From an uncultured Methanobacteriaceae archaeon (GTDB taxonomy: Archaea > Methanobacteriota > Methanobacteria > Methanobacteriales > Methanobacteriaceae), in NCBI GenBank assembly GCA_963719565.1, contig CAVRCP010000051.1, positions 803,790-867,789 on the forward strand: 64,000 bases of DNA. Direction: 5' to 3'. Numbering within the stretch: the stretch's first letter is position 1; the number at the start of each line of letters is the position of its first letter. Positions 53,192 through 64,000 of the stretch are shown in pieces. Below the pieces are notes generated by a model. That model was given only the letters and a program-made list of their open reading frames with translations. It was not told the DNA's origin and made no database searches. A program made the translations under genes and the position numbers.

Positions 53192-53791
53192 GTGAAAATC
53201 CTAGTGATATTGGCACATCCTAAAGAAGGAAGTTTTAACCATGCTATAGCTAACACTGCTATTAAAACACTTAAAAATAATGGACACAATGTTATTTTGC
53301 ATGATTTATACGCTGAAAATTTCGATCCCATAATACCTCACGAAGAGATTCCTAAAAATGCTGACGTTGATCCTCTGATAAAGAAACACTGCCAGGAGCT
53401 TTCCTGTGTTGATGGAATAATTATAGTGCATCCTAACTGGTGGGGCATGCCACCAGCTATTTTAAAGGGTTGGGTTGATCGGGTTATGCGTGCTGGTGTG
53501 GCGTATCAATTTGAAGAGGGCGATAATGGTGAAGGAGTGCCTATAGGTCTTTTAAATGTTGAAAGAATAATTATTTTTAACACCTCAAATACTCCAGAGA
53601 AAAGAGAAATAGAAGTTTTTGGAGATCCATTGGAAACCATATGGAAAAAATGTATTTTTGGACTTTGCGGCATAAAAAACGTGCATCGGAAGAATTATGG
53701 CGTAATTGTTGTAAGTACAGCCGAACTAAGAGAAGAATGGTTGAAAGATGTGATAAGAACCGTCAATTCAGCATTCCCAAAAGATAATTAA
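53192..53791 (+). CDS. flavodoxin-like fold NAD(P)H dehydrogenase (quinone)/FMN reductase family protein
   Basis: MKILVILAHPKEGSFN...HDLYAENFDP N-terminus typical of the flavodoxin_2/NQO-like family; 199 aa. Confidence 0.65.
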   Translation: MKILVILAHPKEGSFNHAIANTAIKTLKNNGHNVILHDLYAENFDPIIPHEEIPKNADVDPLIKKHCQELSCVDGIIIVHPNWWGMPPAILKGWVDRVMRAGVAYQFEEGDNGEGVPIGLLNVERIIIFNTSNTPEKREIEVFGDPLETIWKKCIFGLCGIKNVHRKNYGVIVVSTAELREEWLKDVIRTVNSAFPKDN

Positions 53792-53880
53792 ATTAATATA
53801 AATTTTCTAAAATCATTTATTATATATGGCTTAAATTAACAAATAAAATGAGTAATAAAATTATATCAAGTGTATAAAAA

Positions 53881-54537
53881 ATGAAAGAGACTGCTATAAA
53901 CATCAAAGCTCAGAATAAACCGGGAGTTCTTCGGGATATAACTGATATGTTAGCTCAAAATGGGATAAATATCACATATACTCATCTATTTATAGAAGGT
54001 AAAGATTCGGCATCCATTTACATGGAATTAGAATACATGGAGAACGTGGAAAAATTCATTAAAATCATCAGAAATTTTGAAGAAGTATCAAAAGTGGAAA
54101 TTCACAGATCTCTTGGAGAAATTTATGGTAAGAGAATTATTATAATTGGAGGTGGAGCACAGGTGGCTATGGTAGCTCAGGGAGCTATAACAGAAGCTGA
54201 TAGACATAATATACGAGGGGAACGTATCAGTGTAGACACTATACCTCTGGTTGGAGAAACTGAACTTGCAGAGGCGGTTTCTGCTGTGGGAAGACTTCCT
54301 AGGGTTGGTGCTCTAGTTCTAGCTGGTTCTCTTATGGGTGGAAAAATCTCAGAAGCAATTGAAGAAATTAAAATGGATCATAATGTTATAGTCATAAGCC
54401 TTAACATGCCGGGTAGTGTTACTGAAAAGGCTGATTTGATTGTAACTGATCCAGTGCAAGCAGGGGTTATGGCCGTGATGGCTATTGCTGATACAGCTAT
54501 ATTTGATATTAAAAAAATGAGAAGAAAAAGATTTTAA
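53881..54537 (+). CDS. ACT-domain protein with C-terminal uncharacterised domain
   Basis: The N-terminal ~70 aa form a beta-alpha-beta-beta-alpha-beta ACT-like pattern ([27 protein letters not shown]). Confidence 0.45.
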   Translation: MKETAINIKAQNKPGVLRDITDMLAQNGINITYTHLFIEGKDSASIYMELEYMENVEKFIKIIRNFEEVSKVEIHRSLGEIYGKRIIIIGGGAQVAMVAQGAITEADRHNIRGERISVDTIPLVGETELAEAVSAVGRLPRVGALVLAGSLMGGKISEAIEEIKMDHNVIVISLNMPGSVTEKADLIVTDPVQAGVMAVMAIADTAIFDIKKMRRKRF

Positions 54538-54578
54538 AAATTGAGATAAAATAATTTCTAAAAGAACAAAAATATTAT

Positions 54579-54872
54579 TTACAATGGTTCTAGTGTTCTG
54601 ATAAGTCTTTCTGCAGCGATTTTTAATTCAGTATCTTTTATTTTACTACTTTTTGCTATTTTAAGGGCCATTTCTAAAACTCGGGGAACATCTTCAGGTT
54701 TAATATCTTGAACCATACTGGTATAACTTTGTCCAGCTTCATCCTCCGGGACTTCTTTTTCTGCCATGGTATCAAGCAAGATTTTGCATTCTTTAAGTAC
54801 AGTTGGGTCTTCTTTCATTTCCTCACATTTAGCCATGAGCTTTTCAGTATTCTCTTCCATAGTTATCACCAA
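54579..54872 (-). CDS. hypothetical acidic small protein (97 aa)
   Basis: ORF only. Confidence 0.3.
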   Translation of the reverse strand: MVITMEENTEKLMAKCEEMKEDPTVLKECKILLDTMAEKEVPEDEAGQSYTSMVQDIKPEDVPRVLEMALKIAKSSKIKDTELKIAAERLIRTLEPL

Positions 54873-55140
54873 TAGTTAATTATGATCTTCAATGAATTTA
54901 TATGTTTACAATTCATGTTAGAATGTGGAGTAATAACAACATTATTTTGATTTTCAATTGTGGGTACAATTTATTTATTCTAATTACAGTTGAATCCCCT
55001 GAAACCAGTGATCTTACCGACAATGCTAAATGGAATGATAAATATAATTGGATTAAAAAAGCAAATAAATTGGATACATTTTCGTAATATAATGAATTTG
55101 GATATAGAATAGAATCTAAAACTTAGATCAGGGTGATTTT

Positions 55141-55644
55141 GTGGTGTCATACATTGATAGTATGGATGGACCAGTAGTTAAAGCGGCAGAAGAAGCATTA
55201 GATATGGAAAATATTAATTATATTCTTCCTTTTGTAACTCCGGAAGATGAGGGGGAACTGAAAGATGCGTTTGAAAAAACACTTTCGGTGAGAGAACTCA
55301 GTCCCGAAGCAGCGGAATTAGCTGATTACTGGCTTTTTGAAACTGTGGTGCGCTTACATAATAAAGGTGAAGGTAAATCATATCATGGTTTGAAACCATC
55401 TGGAATGGATTGGGGACCGATTATTCCTAAATTAGATAAAGCAATTGAAACTGAAAGTATTGATGAGTTCCTTGATTTTCTCTTGAATTTTATTCGGGAG
55501 GATGTTGAAAGCAGATTTGATGATGTGATATTCAGAAAAGATTATGATATAAATCAGGTGGAAGATGCTCGGGATTATATTAATTCTATGCTAGAATTTG
55601 TTGATTACACTCAAAATTTTTATAAATACATTGAAAAAGGATAA
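55141..55644 (+). CDS. hypothetical protein (167 aa)
   Basis: ORF only; GTG start; acidic. Confidence 0.35.
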   Translation: MVSYIDSMDGPVVKAAEEALDMENINYILPFVTPEDEGELKDAFEKTLSVRELSPEAAELADYWLFETVVRLHNKGEGKSYHGLKPSGMDWGPIIPKLDKAIETESIDEFLDFLLNFIREDVESRFDDVIFRKDYDINQVEDARDYINSMLEFVDYTQNFYKYIEKG

Positions 55645-55702
55645 AATAAGAGTTTTTAGGTTTAAATATTATTAATTTAGAAATTTTAGGTAGGTGTAAT
55701 AA

Positions 55703-56026
55703 TTGTCAGCGGAACTTAAAGGTAAAGTTTTAGTGGTTGGAGATTTGATAGACTATCAAGAAGGCTCGGTGGTGAGTAGGGAAATCATAGGAAAAGATAC
55801 TGGCACGGTGACTATTTTCGCTTTTGATAAAGGAGAGGGTTTGAGTGAACATACTGCACCCTTTGATGCTATGGTTCAGGTAATAGATGGGAAGGCAGAA
55901 ATTATTATTTCTGGCAATAAAAACGTGGTTATTGGTGGGGAAATGATAATAATGCCGGCAGGCGATCCTCATGCTTTAAATGCTCTGGAAAGATTTAAAA
56001 TGGTCTTAACAATGATCAGATCATAA
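55703..56026 (+). CDS. cupin-domain protein
   Basis: Two cupin motifs (G..L.EHT.PFDAMVQVIDG ... G....MPAG.PHAL); 107 aa. Confidence 0.6.
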   Translation: MSAELKGKVLVVGDLIDYQEGSVVSREIIGKDTGTVTIFAFDKGEGLSEHTAPFDAMVQVIDGKAEIIISGNKNVVIGGEMIIMPAGDPHALNALERFKMVLTMIRS

Positions 56027-56092
56027 ATGTATTATATTTTATGCGGAATCTAGACCTGGGATACAAAAATTGTGAATTTTATTTTTATTAGT

Positions 56093-57379
56093 TTATAATA
56101 ATCGGATAAAAACTGTTTCATCCTTAACAAAATCTAATTTATCAATTTTTGCCACAGCTTCTCTCAGATTTCTCTCCAGTGACTCATGAGTTACCATAAA
56201 TATAGGGAAAACCTTATTTTCTCCATGTATTTTCTGATTAACAGATTCTAGACTTATATCTAAATCACTTAATATACCAGATATCTCGTGCAGAACTCCT
56301 GGCTTATCAATAACTGTAAGTCGAAGATAGTACTTGGATTTTATATCATTAATATCTTTTATTCTAATAAAATTCGTTTTTTCAGGTCCGTAAGTTACAT
56401 CTTTATTCATATCTTCAATAAGATCTATGCAATCTCCCACTACAGCACTGGCAGTGGGCATCATGCCTGCACCTTGACCGTACATCATCACAGGACCCAC
56501 AGCATCTCCTTCAATGTAAATTCCATTAAAAACATCATTAACAGATGAAAGTAGATGATCTTCACTTACAAGAGTAGGATGCACCCGCACCTCTAATTCT
56601 CCATTTGAGATTCTTGATATACCCAGGAGCTTAATACAACAATTCAATTCTTGCTTAGCAAATTCAATATCTTCTAAGGTTAAGCGACTTATTCCTTCTA
56701 CATGGAATTTTTCCTGCTCTAAATAAACTCCAAACCCTAATATAGTTAGAATAATCAGTTTTTGAGCCGTATCATGACCTTCAATATCAAAAGTAGGATC
56801 ATGCTCTGCATAACCCTTACTTTGAGCTTCACTTAAAACTTCATCAAAGTCCCGATATTCCTCAGCCATTTTGGTTAATATGTAGTTAGCGGTGCCGTTT
56901 ATTATACCATAAATGGATTGAATGTTATTAGCAGCTAGACTCTCATTTAATGGTTTTAAAATGGGTATTCCACCACCTACACTGGCTTCAAAACAAATTC
57001 GAACTTTATTTTTCTGAGTATTTTCAATGATTTCCTTCCAATGTTTGGCAAGTAATGCCTTATTAGCAGTTACTACATGTTTGCCCTTATTCATAGCCTC
57101 CATTATAAAATTTAAAGCAGGATTGTACCCTCCGATTAATTCAATAACGATATCTATTTCGGGATCATCAAGTATATCATTTACATTAGTGGATAGCATA
57201 TTTGGATTAACATTAATTCCCCTGTCACTTTTAATGTCTAAATCAACCACTTTTTTAAGATTAACTTTCCTTTTTACTTTACTTTCAATAATTGTAGTAT
57301 TTTTATTGAATATTTCAACTACTCCACTTCCTATGGTACCAAAACCAATTAATCCAATGTTTACAGAATCATCTGACAT
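56093..57379 (-). CDS. hom: homoserine dehydrogenase
   Basis: N-terminal NAD(P)-binding [12 protein letters not shown], a catalytic domain, and a C-terminal ACT domain; 428 aa. Confidence 0.85.
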   Translation of the reverse strand: MSDDSVNIGLIGFGTIGSGVVEIFNKNTTIIESKVKRKVNLKKVVDLDIKSDRGINVNPNMLSTNVNDILDDPEIDIVIELIGGYNPALNFIMEAMNKGKHVVTANKALLAKHWKEIIENTQKNKVRICFEASVGGGIPILKPLNESLAANNIQSIYGIINGTANYILTKMAEEYRDFDEVLSEAQSKGYAEHDPTFDIEGHDTAQKLIILTILGFGVYLEQEKFHVEGISRLTLEDIEFAKQELNCCIKLLGISRISNGELEVRVHPTLVSEDHLLSSVNDVFNGIYIEGDAVGPVMMYGQGAGMMPTASAVVGDCIDLIEDMNKDVTYGPEKTNFIRIKDINDIKSKYYLRLTVIDKPGVLHEISGILSDLDISLESVNQKIHGENKVFPIFMVTHESLERNLREAVAKIDKLDFVKDETVFIRLL

Positions 57380-57504
57380 TTGAAATCATCCCAAATAATT
57401 TATTAAAAATATTTCTTACTAAATTTATAATAGGTGAAGAAAGTTTGACTGTAATCATAATACAAGCCTATTTAAATGGTATATATTTATTTAGTTTTAG
57501 ATTT

Positions 57505-57745
57505 TCATAAATTAAGATTCTTCAATTTTATATACTCATCAATAGATTCCCTAGTAGTCCCTACAACAAGTCTATAATTTATTTTCCCTGTTTTTTTGTT
57601 AACAATCTCTTCCACTTTTCCTTTGGCAATTACCACTTCTCCTTCCCTAACTTGACCGGCATAGGTATGCGTAAAAGAAGCTAACTCATTTATATGAATA
57701 TTTGGACCTTCAAGGATCTCTAATATCTTCTACTTTATATATGGC
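57505..57745 (-). other. out-of-frame OB-fold (anticodon-binding-like) C-terminal extension of the nucleotidyltransferase gene
   Basis: A 69-codon open frame (no Met) immediately after, and overlapping, the NTase stop in the +1 frame: [74 protein letters not shown]. Confidence 0.4.
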
Positions 57746-58537
57746 GGGATTGTCAAATGAAGCTATTGAGTTCGAGACTGTGCACTCAATTTTTGCATTC
57801 CCGATTGGTTTGAAGGTTTTTTCACCGTAAGTTCCATTTATCTCGTTCCAATCTTTAGTGGCTAAAATATCGAATAAAGTGCCATTAATAACTCCTCTAT
57901 TATTTTTACGATTCTCGTACCACTTAAATTCTTCATAACTAAGTGAAGAGTCTTTAATTCTTTTTTCGTAAAGTTTTGTCCAGTATTCATCTCCAATACC
58001 TTTAAGAATTGAATTTTCCATCATTTTAAGCTCTTTAAAACTACTTATGGCTTTCCTATGATTTTTAAGACCATATACAACAAAATCTATATCTGATTGT
58101 ACTGGATCATATAAACCGGGCAAAATAGATCCTGATACGCCCATCTTATCGTAAGGTATTTCAGCAAATTCATGAAAAGTATTAGCAAGATTTATCACTT
58201 TTTTGAGAAGTTCATCAGGTGAATCAAGATTCAATATATCTTTAAGACGTTTATTAGGATGTAAGATTGTTGACACTTTTTCAATGGGAACTCCCATCAT
58301 TTTCACATGGGTTGTATCACAATCAAAGATGTAATAGGGATAATTCTTCCTTAAAAAATCGAAGGCTTGTTCTGTATCTACTTTAGAGTATCTGTTGTTG
58401 TTTTTGGATCGTTCGCCATTAGGATGGGGGATATATCTTAAAAAAGCTATAATCCGATCTTTAGGGTGAAGATAATTGGTGCTGGCGAAGAAGAGATCAT
58501 CGATGGTATATATAAAATCTCTGGGTCTTACTCTCAT
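57710..58537 (-). CDS. Pol-beta superfamily nucleotidyltransferase-domain protein (main frame)
   Basis: NTase signature [24 protein letters not shown]. The ORF ends ..KVEDIRDP*. Confidence 0.55.
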   Translation of the reverse strand: MRVRPRDFIYTIDDLFFASTNYLHPKDRIIAFLRYIPHPNGERSKNNNRYSKVDTEQAFDFLRKNYPYYIFDCDTTHVKMMGVPIEKVSTILHPNKRLKDILNLDSPDELLKKVINLANTFHEFAEIPYDKMGVSGSILPGLYDPVQSDIDFVVYGLKNHRKAISSFKELKMMENSILKGIGDEYWTKLYEKRIKDSSLSYEEFKWYENRKNNRGVINGTLFDILATKDWNEINGTYGEKTFKPIGNAKIECTVSNSIASFDNPAIYKVEDIRDP

Positions 58538-58792
58538 AAATCTAATTTAAGAATTAGCAACATTATTAATCTATAGTTTTTTTGGGGAACAAGTCTTGAC
58601 GTCAAAAAATTCATTGATTTTATGGAATTAACCTAATAAATTATATTTACGATTAAGAATAATTTAAGAAAATACTTCAATTATTACAAGAATAATTCTA
58701 AGTATATATTAAAAAGTGATTGAAATGATTATTAATCTCTGATCAAATAAATTATTTTGGTCTTAATCAATATTAATTATAAAATTAATTAA

Positions 58793-59392
58793 GTGAGCTT
58801 TATGAAATATTTAAGACTTGAAGAAGAATTATTCTACAACGGAAGCCAAATAAAACCTATGTGGGCTTTTAAACAGTTTGGGATAAGGGATTCTAGTTTA
58901 ATAAGTTGGATAGGGCCTATGAACATTAAATCTGATAATATAATAGATTATGAGGATATAAATTTGGAAATAAAGGGAGACAAATTATTACATTTCATAA
59001 TTGAGCATTTCGATACACAGCCAGCGGACGTAAGACTATGCTACCACAGGCAACGATTATTTGTAATGATAATAAAAGATTTACTCAACAAAATGGGGAT
59101 TAAAACTCAAAGAGAAGGTGATGATCTTTATTTTAAAGATGAACAAAATGAAAAGCATGGAAAACTAAGCGTTTCTATTGCTACTTGTTCAATCAGTAGT
59201 ATGAAGATACACTTTGCCATGAATCTGATTAGTAAAGGTACTCCTGATAATGTTGATGTGGCTGGTGTTCTGGAGTGTTCTAATTTTAATAAAGAAGATT
59301 TTCTCGATTTTGCAGATAGGGCTTCTCAGAATTATATTAATGAAATATCAGATATTGAAATGGATATAACTAAAACTAAGACATTTAGTTAA
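58793..59392 (+). CDS. DUF366-family protein
   Basis: 199 aa; family assignment from memory of its common linkage to QueD/QueE-like genes in archaea; GTG start. Confidence 0.4.
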   Translation: MSFMKYLRLEEELFYNGSQIKPMWAFKQFGIRDSSLISWIGPMNIKSDNIIDYEDINLEIKGDKLLHFIIEHFDTQPADVRLCYHRQRLFVMIIKDLLNKMGIKTQREGDDLYFKDEQNEKHGKLSVSIATCSISSMKIHFAMNLISKGTPDNVDVAGVLECSNFNKEDFLDFADRASQNYINEISDIEMDITKTKTFS

Positions 59393-59462
59393 TAAATTAT
59401 ATACTAAATGAAATTAAATAAAAAAAATTTGTGATAATAAATTTTTTAAGAGGTTAATTTAA

Positions 59463-59942
59463 ATGGAAGTTGTTATAAATGGAATTCATGCTAATTTAAG
59501 GTTTGCATCGGCGCACATGATTCCTCAGCACAAGTTTTGTGGTGGTATTCATGGGCATTCTTACTATGTTGATATAACTGTGGAAGGGGCAAGATCCGGG
59601 GAATTTGGATTTGTAGTAGACTTTAAAAAAATTAAAGGTATCGTTCGTCAAATATGCTCTAAACTGGACCATAAAATTTTGATACCATTAAAAAATGATG
59701 AAATTGTATTTGTAAATTTGGAGGACACAGTGAAGTTTTCGATCGGTCACAAAAAATATCAGTTACCCTTAGAAGACTGCTGTCTGCTGCCTCTGGAATC
59801 AACCTCTGCAGAAGAACTGGCTGAATATTTTGCAGAAAACCTTTATCAATCTCTTAAAGAAGATGAAAATGAAATTCTCAATGTACGAATATGTGTGAAT
59901 GAAGGAATTGGACAAGGAGCTTGTTACATCAGAAAAGCATAA
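59463..59942 (+). CDS. queD: 6-pyruvoyl-tetrahydropterin synthase-like protein (QueD-like, 6-carboxytetrahydropterin synthase family)
   Basis: PTPS fold signature SAHMIP.H...CGG.HGHSY; 159 aa. Confidence 0.65.
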   Translation: MEVVINGIHANLRFASAHMIPQHKFCGGIHGHSYYVDITVEGARSGEFGFVVDFKKIKGIVRQICSKLDHKILIPLKNDEIVFVNLEDTVKFSIGHKKYQLPLEDCCLLPLESTSAEELAEYFAENLYQSLKEDENEILNVRICVNEGIGQGACYIRKA

Positions 59943-60000
59943 TAAAATTTATATTTATTGAAATAAAATTTTTTTTAATTAAATTTAATTTACTGATATT

Positions 60001-60702
60001 ATGAAAACACGTATTACTGAGGTTTTCTCAAGTATTCAGGGTGAAGGTAAGCTTCTTGGGAGAAGACAGATATTCATAAGGTTTTCTGGCTGTAACCTGG
60101 GGTGTAACTACTGTGACACTATTAAAAGTAGGGATCCTCTGTATGGTGAAGTTATATTTATAGATGAACTTTTCAGCAGAATAAAAAAGTTAATTACGCC
60201 TGATTTTCATTCCATTTCTTTAACTGGTGGTGAGCCACTTTTACATGCAAATTTCATAAACGAATTCCTTAATAAATATGATTTTAACGTTCTTCTTGAA
60301 ACTAATGGCTCTTTACCTAATGAACTGGAGAAAATAGTTGATTTAATTAACTATGCATCTGTGGATATAAAATTACCAGAACATAACGCGGATTGTAATT
60401 GGAATGATCTATTCTATAATGAGCTAGAATCCATAAACCTATTAATTAAAGAGGGCATAAATATTTACTGTAAAATTGTAGTCTTGCCTTCCACAAAAGT
60501 GGATAAAATAGAATTTATAGCCTCTAAATTGGCGGATGAAGTTAATGACATTTCAAAACTGTCATTAATTATTCAACCTTCAAGCCCTCTTAGTAATTGG
60601 GAGAATAATCATACTAAACTATTAAGATTCTCTGAAAAAGCAGGGAATTACTTAGATGTACTTATCATACCTCAAATTCATAAACTTCTAAATATAAGAT
60701 AG
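60001..60702 (+). CDS. queE: 7-carboxy-7-deazaguanine synthase-like radical SAM protein (QueE-like)
   Basis: SSIQGEG...[16 protein letters not shown] matches QueE cluster and substrate motifs; 233 aa. Confidence 0.7.
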   Translation: MKTRITEVFSSIQGEGKLLGRRQIFIRFSGCNLGCNYCDTIKSRDPLYGEVIFIDELFSRIKKLITPDFHSISLTGGEPLLHANFINEFLNKYDFNVLLETNGSLPNELEKIVDLINYASVDIKLPEHNADCNWNDLFYNELESINLLIKEGINIYCKIVVLPSTKVDKIEFIASKLADEVNDISKLSLIIQPSSPLSNWENNHTKLLRFSEKAGNYLDVLIIPQIHKLLNIR

Positions 60703-60712
60703 GAGGTTTTCA

Positions 60713-61273
60713 ATGGAAATGGATACCAAAGTTACAGTGCATGACGCCATGACACCACATGTAATAACAGTAGATCCTGAAGCTAGTGTTGCAGAGGCAG
60801 CCTTAGTAATGACTAAATTTAAAATAGGCAGTCTTATAGTTAAAAGCAACTCTGAACCGGAAGGATTGATTACTGAAAGTGATATAATCAGAAAAGTAGT
60901 TTCAAAGGATCTAAAAGCGAGCAATATAACTATAGATGAAATAATGACCAGAAGCCTCATATCCATCCATCCTGGATGTGAATTAAACGAAGCTGCTAGA
61001 ATTATGGCTAAAAATAATATAAGAAGATTGCCAGTTGTCAATGAAGGATCTTTGATGGGAATACTTACTTCAACTGATGTTTTAATGGTTTCCCCGGAAT
61101 TAACAGAGCTTTTAGTTGAAAATGCCAGAATGGAGAGTCAAAACAGATATTCTAAATACGAAAATCCCGTTCCTGGTGTATGTGAGGGTTGCGGTAATTT
61201 CATAGATTATCTAAATGAATTTGATGGTAAATTTCTGTGTGAGGAATGTAAAGAAGATATACAGGGTGAATAA
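60713..61273 (+). CDS. CBS-pair protein with C-terminal zinc ribbon
   Basis: Two CBS motifs followed by CEGCGN...CEEC; 186 aa; SD GGAGG. Confidence 0.6.
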   Translation: MEMDTKVTVHDAMTPHVITVDPEASVAEAALVMTKFKIGSLIVKSNSEPEGLITESDIIRKVVSKDLKASNITIDEIMTRSLISIHPGCELNEAARIMAKNNIRRLPVVNEGSLMGILTSTDVLMVSPELTELLVENARMESQNRYSKYENPVPGVCEGCGNFIDYLNEFDGKFLCEECKEDIQGE

Positions 61274-61276
61274 TTT

Positions 61277-62092
61277 ATGAGCAAAGTGGAAGAAATCATG
61301 ACAACAAATCCTTTAACGGTATCTGTTAACACTCAAGCCACTAAAGTAAGATCACTTTTCCGAGAAGACGGTTATAGATCAATTCCAGTAGTATCCAATG
61401 GTCATTTGGAGGGTATTATAACCCGGGGAGATATGATGAGTATCTCCTCAACTAAGTCTAATATAGATGCTCGGGGTTTAATGGAACATCCCAAAGTAAT
61501 TACAACACCAGATATGGATATGTTCAAACTAGCCAGAGAATTACTTAAAGCAGATACTGTACAGGCTCCAGTAACTGAATCAAATGATAATATGCACTTG
61601 GTTGGAATAGTTAGTGTCATAGACATTCTCCGAAAGTTACTCTACAACGGTGCTCAACCCAAAGATGAAAATGTAGGGGAGATAATCACCAGAAGGGTTG
61701 TAACTTGTAATTATGATGATTTAATATCTAAAACATGGGATTTGATGGATGAAACTGGATTCTCAGGTCTTCCCGTGATTAAAAAGAAAAAACTTATTGG
61801 AATGATAACACGGAAGGATATCATCAGATCCGGTCACATTAGGATTGGTAAGGAATCCGATGAAACCAAGCGATCTGTTAAGGTGGAGAAAATTATGAAA
61901 ACCCCTCCATTGGTAACTACGTCTAAAAGTTCCGTCACTGATGTTGCTCAAATCATGCTAGAAAATGATGTAGGGCGATTGCCCGTAGTTGAACATCCAG
62001 TTTACGTTAAAAAAGAGCCAAACAGAATAATAAAAGCAGATTTACTGGGAATAATAGCAAGAGAAGATATTTTAGGGTCATATTTAAAATGA
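61277..62092 (+). CDS. CBS-domain protein (4 CBS motifs)
   Basis: Repeated ..IMT..P.TV.....L..M.E....GLPVV.. CBS pattern; 271 aa. Confidence 0.6.
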   Translation: MSKVEEIMTTNPLTVSVNTQATKVRSLFREDGYRSIPVVSNGHLEGIITRGDMMSISSTKSNIDARGLMEHPKVITTPDMDMFKLARELLKADTVQAPVTESNDNMHLVGIVSVIDILRKLLYNGAQPKDENVGEIITRRVVTCNYDDLISKTWDLMDETGFSGLPVIKKKKLIGMITRKDIIRSGHIRIGKESDETKRSVKVEKIMKTPPLVTTSKSSVTDVAQIMLENDVGRLPVVEHPVYVKKEPNRIIKADLLGIIAREDILGSYLK

Positions 62093-62249
62093 TCAAACCC
62101 ACCTAAAATCATCATCTCATAATATAATATTTCTAAATTTGAAATATTTAGATAAAAAAAACTAATTTTTAATTTTTCAACACTTTTATGAATTGAATTG
62201 ATAAATTCAACTCAATAAAGTTTATAAATGAATTTAATTCTTTAATGAG

Positions 62250-63194
62250 GTGTATTCAATGAGAAAAAAAGAAACTATAAATATTGTTAAATCTATGGAC
62301 CGTGGTCCTTTAGAATTTGAATCACATAATTCTGAACATGAAGGAGATGTAATGAGTATAGCTAAAAAAGTGGTGGTTACCGCACCTCAAAGTACTACCA
62401 TAAAAGAAGCTGCTGAGACGATGGTTAAAAATAAGTTTAGAAGGATTCCTATAACTGATCCTGGATCCGGGAAAATCCTAGGAATTGTAACTTCTATGGA
62501 TATTCTTGACTTTTTGGGTGGTGGAGATAAATATAAAATTTTGGAGGAGAAGTACGAAGGTAATTTCCTCGCTGCTGTAAATGAATCTGTAAAAAAAATA
62601 ATGACTAGAAATGTGCATGTTTTAAAAGATAAAGATTCTGTTGGTGATGCAGCACTCAAAATGATTGAGAAAGGAGTAGGAGCACTTCCAGTAGTTGATA
62701 ATCAAGATAAAATTGTGGGAATAGTCTCTGAAAGGGATTTTGTACTGCTTATGGCTGGTGTTTTAACTGATGAAATAGTTGAGGATTATATGACGGATAA
62801 GGTAATCACCACAACTCCCGGCACTAGGATAGAGGGTGCATCTAAGATGATGGTTCGAAATAAACTCCGCAGAATTCCCGTGATTGGAGAGGAACGTAAA
62901 ACACCACATCCAGAAAAGGATAAAATAGTGGGTATCGTTACTGCAACCGATATAATGGAATTCTTAGGAGAAAATAGAGCATTTAATCGTAGCAATAATG
63001 CAGAAGAAATACTTAACACAACTATTACAGAAATCATGGAAAAAGAAGTTATAGCAACCACCGCACAAGCTAGATTAGGAGACATATGCCAAATCATGGG
63101 CGATAGGGGTATGGGAGGCTTGCCAGTAGTTAATGGCGACGAATTACAGGGTATAATAACTGAAAAAGATATTATGAAAGCTATAAGTAGATGA
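62250..63194 (+). CDS. CBS-domain protein (4 CBS motifs)
   Basis: CBS pattern repeated four times (RRIPITD..GKILGIVT..DIL); 314 aa. Confidence 0.6.
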   Translation: MYSMRKKETINIVKSMDRGPLEFESHNSEHEGDVMSIAKKVVVTAPQSTTIKEAAETMVKNKFRRIPITDPGSGKILGIVTSMDILDFLGGGDKYKILEEKYEGNFLAAVNESVKKIMTRNVHVLKDKDSVGDAALKMIEKGVGALPVVDNQDKIVGIVSERDFVLLMAGVLTDEIVEDYMTDKVITTTPGTRIEGASKMMVRNKLRRIPVIGEERKTPHPEKDKIVGIVTATDIMEFLGENRAFNRSNNAEEILNTTITEIMEKEVIATTAQARLGDICQIMGDRGMGGLPVVNGDELQGIITEKDIMKAISR

Positions 63195-63400
63195 AAAGCA
63201 CTTTTTATAGTGAATAGTAATTCAGAGCTTTATAAACTATTATTGTACTCTTAAATTTCATTTAAACGCAATAATAATTCTTGAACTTAAATTATTATTT
63301 CAACAAATATAGACTTTGTTGCACGAATTTATTTTGGAAAAAAAACGATTAATCATAAAAAAAGTTTATTTAGAAAATCCAAATTCAGGTAGGATGGAAT

Positions 63401-64000
63401 AATGAAAGCAGAAGATGTAATGAATGATGAAGTTATAGTAATGCGAGAAAATGAGCAAGTAGGGCACGCCAGGAACCTAATGCTTAAACACGGTTTCAGC
63501 AGAGTTGTAGTAGTAGATGCTGACGGAAAACCTGTTGGAATTGTCACTGAAAAAGATCTAAGCCGAAAAATGAGAGGAAATGGTCCTGAATGGAAAAGTA
63601 GGCCTATAGATAAAATCTCGATAAACCGTGCCATGACAGAAAATGTAATCACAACGGATCCTTCCGAAAATGTTAAAAATGTAGTGGAACTCATGATAAA
63701 AAATAGCATCAGTTCAGTACTGGTCGTTGATGAAGAAGGTTTAGCAGGTATAGTTACCAAAACAGACCTCATGAAGTTTTACAACGATAATTATCAGGGT
63801 AAATGGAAGGTATCAGATCTAATGAGTAATAGTATGATAACTGTCAATGAAAATCATAGCATCGCTCATGTTATCAATGTAATGGAAGATAATAATGTCA
63901 GTAGAGTAGTAGTTATACGTGATAATGAGGCTGTAGGTATTATAACTCCTGAAAATATTTCATTTGCTTATGTAGAAGATCCTGGAACTGGTGTAGGTGT
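63401..64000 (+). CDS. CBS-domain protein, 3'-partial (runs off the window)
   Basis: ATG 63401 (MKAEDVMNDEVIV..) opens a frame with CBS motifs that is still open at 64000. It is not in the ORF track, and the antisense ORF 63353..63772 is spurious. Confidence 0.55.

Noticed and set aside
63353-63772. 139-aa minus-strand ORF
   Set aside because: It is antisense to a clear CBS-domain coding frame that starts at 63401 and runs off the window. It has a Ser/Thr/Phe-rich low-complexity composition.

Overview
This reads as chromosomal DNA from a low-GC hydrogenotrophic methanogen (Methanobacteriales-like). The supporting signals are the gene set (frhADGB F420-reducing hydrogenase, a 16-gene energy-converting hydrogenase Ehb cluster, Ftr, HypF, archaeal-type tRNAs with BRE/TATA promoters) and strongly AT-rich intergenic DNA. 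Content is mostly core housekeeping: EndoQ, a PAC2-family proteasome assembly chaperone, MetAP, an initiator tRNA-Met followed directly by an RNase P RNA gene, an ABC-2 exporter with a PadR regulator, the bacterial-type grpE-dnaK-dnaJ chaperone operon, the large fragment of a split family-B DNA polymerase, ArgG, Nnr, homoserine dehydrogenase, a DUF366/QueD-like/QueE-like module and a run of four CBS-domain proteins. I found no CRISPR array, transposase, integrase, prophage or recognisable defence island. The features most worth follow-up are not covered by the ORF track or are only visible by reading the sequence. (1) An RNase P RNA that the track reads as an antisense ORF. (2) An intron-containing tRNA-Trp whose intron is a box C/D guide RNA aimed at C34. 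(3) A Phr-like heat-shock regulator transcribed divergently from the Hsp70 operon across three tandem 31-bp repeats. (4) Several decayed gene fragments: a VOC/glyoxalase remnant, a duplicated methyltransferase fragment next to a truncated QueG-like gene, and a flavodoxin fragment. (5) A K+ channel fused to tandem repeat modules of unknown function. (6) A nucleotidyltransferase whose OB-fold tail lies in a different reading frame. Coordinates I derived myself, rather than taking from the ORF track, are approximate to about +/-2 nt.
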